Source of the DNA: the human T2T-CHM13v2.0 reference genome, Homo sapiens
NCBI RefSeq assembly: GCF_009914755.1
Contig: NC_060948.1
Reading direction: 5' to 3' (one strand)
DNA length: 64,000 nucleotides
Both the position numbers and the translations under genes were made by a program. A model generated the notes under the pieces. It saw nothing but the letters and a program-made list of their open reading frames with translations, had not been told where the DNA came from and ran no database searches. Below are positions 52,901-64,000 of the stretch, piece by piece. Position 1 is the stretch's first letter. Each line of letters begins with the position of its first letter.

Positions 52901-55900
52901 AGTGGAATCAAATGGAATTGAATCGAAAGGAAAGGAAGCGAATGGACTGAAATGAAATGGAATGGAATTGAATGGAAAGTAGTGCAATGGAATAGAATGG
53001 AACGAAATTTCACGGAATGGAAAGAAACTGAAAGGAATCAAATCAATGGAATATAATCAAATGGAATGGAAAGGAATTGAATGGAGTAGATTGGATTGGA
53101 TGGGATTGGAATGAAATGTACTGGAAAGGACTCGAATTTCATGAAACGGAATGGAATGAATTGGAACGGAATGGACTCGAATGGAATGGAATGTCATGGA
53201 ATGGCATCAAATGGAATGACATCAAATGGAATGGAATCGAATGCAATGGAATGCTCTGGAATGGAATGGAATGCGTTGGAATGGAATGTCCTCTAATGGA
53301 ATGGATTCGAGTGGAATGGAATCGAATATAATGGAGTCGAATGAAATGGAATTGAAAGGAATGGGATCGAATACAATGGAATATACTGGAATGTAATGTA
53401 ATGAACTCGAATGTAATTGACTGGAATGGAATGTACATGAATGGAATGTAATCGAATGGAAAGTAATCCAATGGAATAGAATCTACTGCAATAAAATCGA
53501 CTCAGATAGAGTAGAATGTAATGGAATGGAGTGCAGTGCAATGGAATGGAATGGAATGGAATGCAATGGAATGGAATGGAATGGAATGGAATGGAATGGA
53601 ATGGAATGGGATGGAATGGTATGGAATGGATGGTAATGGACTGGAGTGAAATGGACTGGAAAAGAATGGACTCAAATTGAAAGGGCTCGAAAGGAATGGA
53701 GTCAAATGGAATGGTCTAGGAATGGAATGAACACGAATGTAAGGCAATCCAATAGAATGGAATCGAATGGCATGGAATATAAAGAAATGGTATCAAAGAG
53801 AATGGAAACAAATGGAATGGAATTGAATGGAATGGAATTGAATGGAATGGGAACGAATGGAGTGAAATTGTATGCAGTAGAAGAGAATAGAATGGAATGC
53901 AAGTGAAAGGAAAGGAATGGATTGGAATTTAATGGAATTCATTGGAATGGAAGGGAATGTAGTGTAATGGACAGGCCTGGAATAAAGTGGAATGCTACGG
54001 TCTCGAATGGAATAAAAATGTATGGAATGGAATGCAATGAAACGGAATCGAATGTCATAGAATGTAATGGAATGCAAAAAAATGGAATCCAAAATCATTG
54101 ACTGGAAAGGCTGGGTGTCGAAAGGAATTGACTCCAATGGAATGGAATCGAATGGAATGGAAGTGAATAGAATCGAACTAAATCGAATGGAATGGAATTG
54201 ATAGGAACGGAATGGAAAGGAATGCAATGATGTGGCATGGAATGGAATCGAATGGCATCGAATGGAATGGAATGGAATGCAATGGAATGGAGTGTATTAA
54301 AATGTAATGAACATTAATGGAATGTACTCAAATGGATTCGACTGGAATGGAATGTTCTGGAAGTGAATGGACTCCAATGGAATGGATTCAAAAGGAATGG
54401 AATCGTACGGAATGGAATCTAATGGAATGGAATTAAATGGAAATGAATCAAATTGAATAGCACGGAATTGAATTGAATGGAATCGAATGCAATGGAATCT
54501 AATGAAACGGAAAGGAAAAGAATGGAATGGAATGGAATGGGCTGGAATGGAAAGGAATCGAAACGAATGGAATGGAATCGAACTGAAGAGACTGGAATGG
54601 AATGCACTGGAATGGAAGGGAGTGTAATGGAAGGTTCTCGACAAAAATGGAATCGAATGGAATGGAATTGAATGGAACGGAATAGAGTCGAATGGAATTG
54701 AATGGAATGGAATGGACTAGAGTGAAATGGAATCGAACCACAAGGAATGGACAGGAATAGAATGGTCTCGAATTGAATGGAATCGTATGGAATGGCATCA
54801 AACGGAATGGAATGGACAGCCACGGAATGGAATGCACTCGAATGCAATGGAGTCGAAACTAATGGACTGGAATAGAATGGACTCGACTGGTACGGACTCC
54901 AATGGAATGGAATCGAATGGAAGGGAATCGAACGGAATGGACTCGAAGGGAAAAGACTGCAATGGAAAGGTCTCGAATGGAATGGAAATTAATGGAATGG
55001 AATGGAATCGAATGAAATGGAGTCAAAAGGAATGGAATCGAATGGCAAGAAATCGAATGTAATGGAATCGCAAGGAATTGATGTGAACGGAACGGAATGG
55101 AATGGAATCCAAAGGAATGGAATAGAATGGAATGGAATCGAATGGAAAGGACTCGAATGGAAATCACTCGAATAGAATGCAATTTAATAAAATAGGATCA
55201 AATGTAATGGAATGGAATGGAAAGGAATCGAAACGAAAGGAATGGAGACAGATGGAATGGAATGGAACAGAGAGCAATGGTATAGAATGGAATGGAATCA
55301 TCTGGAATGGAATTGAATGGAATGGAATAATATGAAATGGAATGGAATGGAATGGAATGCCCTTGAATTAAATCGACTGGAATGGAATGGACTCGAATAG
55401 AGTGGAATGGAAAGTGTTGAGATAGAATGGAATGGACTCTTTGGAATGGTGTAGTATGCAATGCAATCGACTGGCAGGGAATCAAAAGGAATGTAATGGA
55501 ATGGATTGGACTGGAATGCAATGGACTCGAATAGATTGGAAACGGAATGCAAAGGAATGGAATGGAATAGTATGGAATGGAATGGAAAGGAATGGAGTGG
55601 AATAGACTAGAGTGGAATGGAATGGACTGGAAAGCAATGGACTGGAATGGAACTTTCTTGAATGGACTGGAATCAAACGGAATGGAATGCAATGCAATCA
55701 AATGGCATGGAATAAAATAGAATGAAAGAGAATCAAATGGAATTGAATCGAATGGAATCGAATGGATTGGAAAGCAATAGAATGGAATGGAATGGAATTG
55801 ACTGAAATGGAATGGACTAGAATGGAATGGATTCGAATGGAAGGCAAAGGAATGGAATCTATTGGAATGGACTGTAATGGAATGGAATGGAAGGGATTGG

Positions 55901-58900
55901 AATGGACTCGAATGGAATGGACTGCAATAGAAAGGATTCGAATGGAATGAAAAAGAATTGAATGGAATAGAACAGAATGGAATCAAATCGAATGAAATGG
56001 AATGGAATAGAAAGGAATGGAATGAAATGGAATGGAAAGGATTCGAATGGAATGCAATCGAATGGAATGGAATCGAACGGAATGGAATAAAATGGAAGAA
56101 AACTGGCAAGAAATGGAATCGAAATGAATGGAGTGTTATGGAACGGACTCAAAAGGAATTGAATGTAATAGAATGGAGTGGAGTGGACTCGAATATAATG
56201 GACTGGAATGGAATGAAATCACATGGAATGGGAACGAATGGAATGGAATGGAAAGGAATGGAATCGAATGGAAAGGAATCGAATGGAAGGGAATGAAATT
56301 GAATCAACAGGAATGGAAGGGAATAGAATAGAGGGTAATGGAATGGACTCGAATAGAATGGACACGAATGCTCAAATTGAATGGACTCGAATGGAATGGA
56401 AACGAAAGGAATGTCATCGAATGGAATTGAATCGATTGGAATGAAATCGCATAGAATGGAGTGGAATCAAATGGAATTGAATCGAAAGGAAAGGAAGCGA
56501 ATGGACTGAAATGAAATGGAATGGAATTGAATGGAAAGTAATGCAATGGAAGAGAATGGAAGGAAATTTCACGGAATGGAATCAAACTGAATGGAATCAA
56601 ATCAATGGAATATAATCAAATGGAATGGAAAGGAATTGAATGGAATAGATTGGATTGGATGGGATTGGAATGAAATGTACTGGAAAGGACTCGAATTTCA
56701 CGAAACGGAATGGAATGAATTGGAACGGAATGGTCTCGAATGGAATGCAATGTCATGGAATGGCATCAAATGGAATGGCATCAAATGGAATGGAATCGAA
56801 TGCAATGGAATGCTATGGAATGGAATATAATGGAGTCGAATGAAATGGAATTGAAAGGAATGGGTTCGAATACAATGGAATATACTGGAATGTAAGGTAA
56901 TGAACTCGAATGTAATTGACTGGAATGGAATGTACATTAACGGAATGTAATCGAATGGAAAGTAATCCAATGGAATAGAATCTAATGCAATAAAATCGAC
57001 TCAGATAGAGTAGAATGTAATGGAATGGAGTGCAGTGCAATGGAATGGAATGGAATGGAATGCAATGGAATGGAATGGAATGGAATGGAATGGAATGGAA
57101 TGGGATGGAATGGTATGGAATGGATAGTAATGGACTGGAGTGAAATGGACTGGAATGGAATGGACTCAAATTGAAAGGTCTCGAAAGGAATGGAGTCAAA
57201 TGGAATGGTCTGGAATGGAATGAACACGAATGTAATGCAATCCAATAGAATGGAATCGAATGGCATGGAATATAAAGAAATGGAATCGAAGAGAATGGAA
57301 ACAAATGGAATGGAATTGAATGGAATGGAATTGAATGGAATGGGAACGAATGGAGTGAAATTGTATGCAGTAGAAGAGAATAGAATGGAATGCAAGCGAA
57401 AGGAAAGGAATGGATTGGAATGGAATGGAATTCATTGGAATGGAAGGGAATGTAGTGTAATGGACAGGCCTGGAATAAAGTGGAATGCTACGGTCTCGAA
57501 TGGAATAAAAATGTATGGAATGGAATGCAATGAAACGGAATCGAATGTCATAGAATGTAATGGAATGCAAAAAAATGGACTCCAAAATCATTGACTGGAA
57601 AGGCTGGGTGTCGAAAGGAATTGACTCCAATGGAATGGAATCGAATGGAATGGAAGTGAATAGAATCGCACTAAATCGAATGGAATGGAATTGATAGGAA
57701 CAGAATGGAAAGGAATGCAATGATTTGGCATGGAATGGAATCGAATGGCATCGAATGGAATGGAATGGAATGCAATGGAATGGAATGTATTAGAATGTAA
57801 TGAACTTTAATGGAATGTACTCGAATGGATTCGACTGGAATGGAATGTTCTGGAAGTGAATGGACTCCAATGGAATGGATTCAAAAGGAATGGAATCTTA
57901 CGGAATGGAATCTAATGGAATGGAATTAAATGGAAATGAATCAAATTGAATAGCACGGAATTGAATTGAATGGAATCGAATGCAATGGTATCTAATGAAA
58001 CGGAAAGGAAAGGAATGGAATGGAATGGAATGTGCTGGAATGGAAAGGAATCGAAACGAATGGAATGGAATCGAACTGAAGAGACTGGAATGGAATGCAC
58101 TGGAATGGAAGGGAGTGTAATGGAAGGTTCTCGACAAAAATGGAATCGAATGGAATGGAATTGAATGGAACGGAATAGAGTCGAATGGAATTGAATGGAA
58201 TGGAATGGACTAGAGTGAAATGGAATCGAACCACAAGGAATGGACAGGAATAGAATGGTCTCGAATTGAATGGAATCGTATGGAATGGCATCAAACGGAA
58301 TGGAATGGACAGCCACGGAATGGAATGCACTCGAATGCAATGGAGTCGAAACTAATGGACTGGAATAGAATGGACTCGACTGGTACGGACTGCAATGGAA
58401 TGGAATCGAATGGAATGGAATCGAACGGAATGGACTCGAAGGGAAAAGACTGCAATGGAAAGGTCTCGAATGGAATGGAAATTAATGGAATGGAATGGAA
58501 TCGAATGAAATGGAGTCAAAAGGAATGGAATCGAATGGCAAGAAATCGAATGTAATGGAATCGCAAGGAATTGATGTGAAGGGAACGGAATGGAATGGAA
58601 TCCAAAGGAATGGAATAGAATGGAATGGAATCGAATGGAAAGGACTCGAATGGAAATCACTCGAATAGAATGCAATTTAATAAAATAGGATCAAATGTAA
58701 TGGAATTGAATGGAAAGGAATCGAAACGAAAGGAATGGAGACAGATGGAATGGAATGGAACAGAGAGCAATGGTATAGAATGGAATGGAATCATCTGGAA
58801 TGGAATTGAATGGAATGGAATAATATGAAATGGAATGGAATGGAATGGAATGCCCTTGAATTAAATGGACTGGAATGGAATGGACTCGAATAGAGTGGAA

Positions 58901-61900
58901 TGGAAAGTGTTGAGATAGAATGGAATGGACTCTTTGGAATGGTGTAGTATGCAATGCAATCGACTGGCAGGGAATCAAAAGGAATGTAATGGAATGGATT
59001 GGACTGGAATGCAATGGACTCGAATAGATTGGAAACGGAATGCAAAGGAATGGAATGGAATAGTATGGAATGGAATGGAAAGGAATGGAGTGGAATAGAC
59101 TAGAGTGGAATGGAATGGACTGGAAAGCAATGGACTGGAATGGAACTTTCTTGAATGGACTGGAATCAAACGGAATGGAATGCAATGCAATCAAATGGCA
59201 TGGAATAAAATAGAATGAAAGAGAATCTAATGGAATTGAATCGAATGGAATCGAATGGATTGGAAAGGAATAGAATGGAATGGAATGGAATTGACTCAAA
59301 TGGAATGGACTAGAATGGAATGGATTCGAATGGAAGGCAAAGGAATGGAATCTATTGGAATGGACTGTAATGGAATGGAATGGAAGGGATTGGAATGGAC
59401 TCGAATGGAATGGACTGCAATAGAAAGGATTCGAATGGAATGAAAAAGAATTGAATGGAATAGAACAGAATGGAATCAAATCGAATGAAATGGAATGGAA
59501 TAGAAAGGAATGGAATGAAATGGAATGGAAAGGATTCGAATGGAATGCAGTCGAATGGAATGGAATTGAACGGAATGGAATAAAATGGAAGCAAACTGGC
59601 AAGAAATGGAATCGAAATGAATGGAGTGTTATGGAACGGACTCAAAAGGAATTGAATGTAATAGAATGGAGTGGAGTGGACTCGAATATAATGGACTGGA
59701 ATGGAATGAAATCACATGGAATGGGAACGAATGGAATGGAATGGAAAGGAATGGAATCGAATGGAAAGGAATCGAATGGAAGGGAATGAAATTGAATCAA
59801 CAGGAATGGAAGGGAATAGAATAGACGGTAATGGAATGGACTCGAATAGAATGGACACGAATGCTCAAATTGAATGGACTCGAATGGAATGGAAACGAAA
59901 GGAATGTCATCGAATGGAATTGAATCGATTGGAATGAAATCGCATAGAATGGAGTGGAATCAAATGGAATTGAATCGAAAGGAAAGGAAGCGAATGGACT
60001 GAAATGAAATGGAATGGAATTGAATGGAAAGTAATGCAATGGAAGAGAATGGAAGGAAATTTCACGGAATGGAATCAAACTGAATGGAATCAAATCATTG
60101 GAATATAATCAAATGGAATGGAAAGGAATTGAATGGAATAGATTGGATTGGATGGGATTGGAATGAAATGTACTGGAAAGGACTCGAATTTCATGAAACG
60201 GAATGGAATGAATTGGAACGGAATGGACTCGAATGGAATGGAATGTCATGGAATGGCATCAAATGGAATGGCATCAAATGGAATGGAATCGAATGCAATG
60301 GAATGCTATGGAATGGAATGGAATGCATTGGAATGGAATGTCCTCTAATGGAATGGATTCGAGTGGAATGGAATCGAATATAATGGAGTCGAATGAAATG
60401 GAATTGAAAGGAATGGGTTCGAATACAATGGAATATACTGGAATGTAAGGTAATGATCTCGAATGTAATTGACTGGAATGGAATGTACATGAACGGAATG
60501 TAATCGAATGGAAAGTAATCCAATGGAATAGAATCTAATGCAATAAAATCGACTCAGATAGAGTAGAATGTAATGGAATGGAGTGCAGTGCAATGGAATG
60601 GAATGGAATGGAATGCAATGGAATGGAATGGAATGGAATGGAATGGAATGGAATGGGATGGAATGGTATGGAATGGATAGTAATGAACTGGAGTGAAATG
60701 GACTGGAAAGGAATGGACCCAAATTGAAAGGGCTCGAAAGGAATGGAGTCAAATGGAATGGTCTGGAATGGAATGAACACGAATGTAATGCAATCCAATA
60801 GAATGGAATCGAATGGCATGGAATATAAAGAAATGGAATCGAAGAGAATGGAAACAAATGGAATGGAATTGAATGGAATGGAATTGAATGGAATGGGAAC
60901 GAATGGAGTGAAATTGTATGCAGTAGAAGAGAATAGAATGGAATGCAAGCGAAAGGAAAGGAATGGATTGGAATGGAATGGAATTCATTGGAATGGAAGG
61001 GAATGTAGTGTAATGGACAGGCCTGGAATAAAGTGGAATGCTACGGTCTCGAATGGAATAAAAATGTATGGAATGGAATGCAATGAAACGGAATCGAATG
61101 TCATAGAATGTAATGGAATGCAAAAAAATGGACTCCAAAATCATTGACTGGAAAGGCTGGGTGTCGAAAGGAATTGACTCCAATGGAATGGAATCGAATG
61201 GAATGGAAGTGAAGAGAATCGAACTAAATCGAATGGAATGGAATTGATAGGAACGGAATGGAAAGGAATGCAATGATTTGGCATGGAATGGAATCGAATG
61301 GCATCGAATGGAATGGAATGGAATGCAATGGAATGGAATGTATTAGAATGTAATGAACTTTAATGGAATGTACTCGAATGGATTCGACTGGAATGGAATG
61401 TTCTGGAAGTGAATGGACTCCAATAGAATGGATTCAAAAGGAATGGAATCTTACGGAATGGAATCTAATGGAATGGAATTAAATGGAAATGAATAAAATT
61501 GAATAGCACGGAATTGAATTGAATGGAATCGAATGCAATGGTATCTAATGAAACGGAAAGGAAAGGAATGGAATGGAATGGAATGGGCTGGAATGGAAAG
61601 GAATCGAAACGAATGGAATGGAATCGAACTGAAGAGACTGGAATGGAATGCACTGGAATGGAAGGGAGTGTAATGGAAAGTTCTCGACAAAAATGGAATC
61701 GAATGGAATGGAATTGAATGGAACGGAATAGAGTCGAATGGAATTGAATGGAATGGAATGGACTAGAGTGAAATGGAATCGAACCACAAGGAATGGACAG
61801 GAATAGAATGGTCTCGAATTGAATGGAATCCTATGGAATGGCATCAAACGGAATGGAATGGACAGCCACGGAATGGAATGCACTTGAATGCAATGGAGTC

Positions 61901-64000
61901 GAAACTAATGGACTGGAATAGAATGGACTCGACTGGTACGGACTCCAATGGAATGGAATCGAATGGAAGGGAATCAAACGGAATGGACTCGAAGGGAAAA
62001 GACTGCAATGGAAAGGTCTCGAATGGAGTGGAAATTAATGGAATGGAATGGAATCGAATGAAATGGAGTCAAAAGGAATGGAATCGAATGGCAAGAAATC
62101 AAATGTAATGGAATCGCAAGGAATTGATGTGAACGGAACGGAATGGAATGGAATCCAAAGAAATGGAATAGAATGGAATGGAATCGAATGGAAAGGACTC
62201 GAATGGAAATCACTCGAATAGAATGCAATTTCATAAAATAGGATCATATGTAATGGAATGGAATGGAAAGGAATTGAAACGAAAGGAATGGAGACAGATG
62301 GAATGGAATGGAACAGAGAGCAATGGTTTAGAATGGAATGGACTCATCTGGAATGGAATTGAATGGAATGGAATAATATGAAATGGAATGGAATGGAATG
62401 GAATGCCCTTGAATTAAATGGAATGGAATGGAATGGACTCGAACAGAGTGGAATGGAAAGTGTTGAAATAGAATGGAATCGACTCCTTTGGAATGGTCTA
62501 GTATGCAATGCAATCGACTGGCAGGGAATCAAAAGGAATGTAATCGAATGGATTGGACTGGAATGCAATGGATTCGAATAGATTGGAAACGGAATGCAAA
62601 GGAATGGAATGGAATAGTATGGAATGGAATGGAAGGGAATGGAGTGGAATAGACTAGAGTGGAATGGAATGGACTGGAAAGCAATGGACTGGAATGGAAC
62701 TTTCTTGAATGGACTGGAATCAAACGGAATGGAATGCAATGCAATCAAATGGCATGGAATAAAATAGAATGAAAGAGAATCAAATGGAATTGAATCGAAT
62801 GGAATCGAATGGATTGGAAAGGAATAGAATGGAATGGAATGGAATTGACTCAAATGGAATGGACAAGAATGGAATGGATTCGAATGGAAGGCAAAGGAAT
62901 GAAATCTATTGGAATGGAATGTAATGGAATGGAATGGAAGGGATTGGAATGGACTCGAATGGAATGGACTGCAATAGAAAGGATTCGAATGGAATGAAAA
63001 AGAATTGAATGGAATAGAACAGAATGGAATCAAATCGAATGAAATGGAATGGAATAGAAAGGAATGGAATGAAATGGAATGGAAAGGATTCGAATGGAAT
63101 GCAATCGAATGGAATGGAATCGAACGGAATGGAATAAAATGGAAGAAAACTGGTAAGAAATGGAATCGAAATGAATGGAGTGTTATGGAACGGACTCAAA
63201 AGGAATTGAATGTAATAGAATGGAGTGGAGTGGAGTCGAATACAATGGACTGGAATGGAATGAAATCACATGGAAAGGGAACGAATGGAATGGAATGGAA
63301 AGGAATGGAATCGAATGGAAAGGAATCGAATGGAAGGGAATGAAATTGAATCAACAGGAATGGAAGGGAATAGAATAGACGGTAATGGAATGGACTCGAA
63401 TAGAATGGACACGAATGCTCAAATTGAATGGACTCGAATGGAATGGAAACGAAAGGAATGTCATCGAATGGAATTGAATCGATTGGAATGAAATCACATA
63501 GAATGGAGTGGAATCAAATGGAATTGAATCGAAAGGAAAGGAAGCGAATGGACTGAAATGAAATGGAATGGAATTGAATGGAAAGTAATGCAATGGAATA
63601 GAATGGAACGAAATTTCACGGAATGCAATCAAACTGAATGGAATCAAATCAATGGAATATAATCAAATGGAATGGAAAGGAATTGAATGGAGTAGATTGG
63701 ATTGGATGGGATTGGAATGAAATGTACTGGAAAGGACTCGAATTTCATGAAACGGAATGGAATGAATTGGAACGGAATGGACTCGAATGGAATGGAATGT
63801 CATGGAAAGGCATCAAATGGAATGGAATCGAATGCAATGGAATGCTATGGAATGGAATGGAATGCATTGGAATGGAATGTCCTCTAATGGAATGGATTCG
63901 AGTGGAATGGAATCGAATATAATGGAGTCGAATAAAATGGAATTGAAAGGAATGGGATCGAATACAATGGAATATACTGGAATGTAATGTAATGAACTCG
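46984..64000 (+). repeat. 6-unit 21,244-bp higher-order block, copy 2 (truncated by the window end)
   Basis: Corresponds to 25740-42756 with no indel seen (constant offset) and only about 10 substitution sites found by eye. Confidence 0.92.

Larger units (their letters stand above)
1..64000 (+). repeat. DYZ1: Human satellite III, DYZ1 (Yq12 heterochromatin) tandem array: degenerate (GGAAT)n with ~3.55 kb unit, about 18 units, head-to-tail
   Basis: Seen: GGAAT pentamer variants throughout, and unique landmarks recurring every ~3.55 kb. The GACAGGCCTGG landmark (HaeIII GGCC) starts at 1541, 4352, 7876, 11435, 14969, 18513, 22057, 25610, 29170, 32730, 36223, 39776, 43330, 46854, 50414, 53974, 57467, 61020. 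Spacings are 2811, 3524, 3559, 3534, 3544, 3544, 3553, 3560, 3560, 3493, 3553, 3554, 3524, 3560, 3560, 3493, 3553. An EcoRI site lies 39 bp upstream of this landmark (e.g. 1502-1507). Recalled knowledge: DYZ1 is a ~3,564-bp HaeIII/EcoRI unit whose HaeIII end reads CCTGTCCATTACACTACATTCCCTTCCATTCCAATGAATTCC, the reverse complement of 1501-1542. Confidence 0.97.

Noticed and set aside
1-64000. Hundreds of 60-300 aa ORFs on both strands (MEWNG... and FHSIP... repeats)
   Set aside because: Pure (GGAAT)n and (ATTCC)n have no stop codon in any frame and translate to MEWNG and IPFHS repeats. The ORFs overlap in all frames, are low-complexity, and change with arbitrary SNVs.
1-64000. CRISPR-like or microbial repeat system
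   Set aside because: There is no repeat-spacer structure, no unique spacers and no associated genes. The pattern and landmarks match human DYZ1.
1-64000. DYZ2 (AT-rich/Alu-containing) blocks, Alu/L1 insertions, array inversion, HSATII or telomeric repeats
   Set aside because: No interruption of the GGAAT register by foreign sequence was seen: no poly-A tail or target-site duplication, no strand switch, no GATGAT-type HSATII motif and no TTAGGG arrays.

Overview
The whole 64 kb window is one uninterrupted, single-orientation tandem array of degenerate (GGAAT)n pentamers organised into ~3.55 kb units. It is human satellite III of the DYZ1 type (the Y-chromosome Yq12 3.4/3.56 kb HaeIII/EcoRI repeat), seen on its purine-rich strand. 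There are 18 HaeIII landmark sites, giving 17 complete units plus partial ends. I found no credible gene, RNA gene, transposon or DYZ2/Alu block; all listed ORFs are artefacts of the stop-free pentamer. I found no new coding system. The interesting content is structural: (1) a very recent 6-unit, 21,244-bp tandem duplication; (2) an older single-unit 3,560-bp duplication nested inside it, and a 2-unit ~7.1-kb duplication overlapping its left edge; (3) a 2.8-kb internally deleted unit; (4) mosaic units; (5) two to three perfect heat-shock elements at fixed positions in the unit, some present or absent depending on the copy. All comparisons were made by eye, so variant counts are minimum values.
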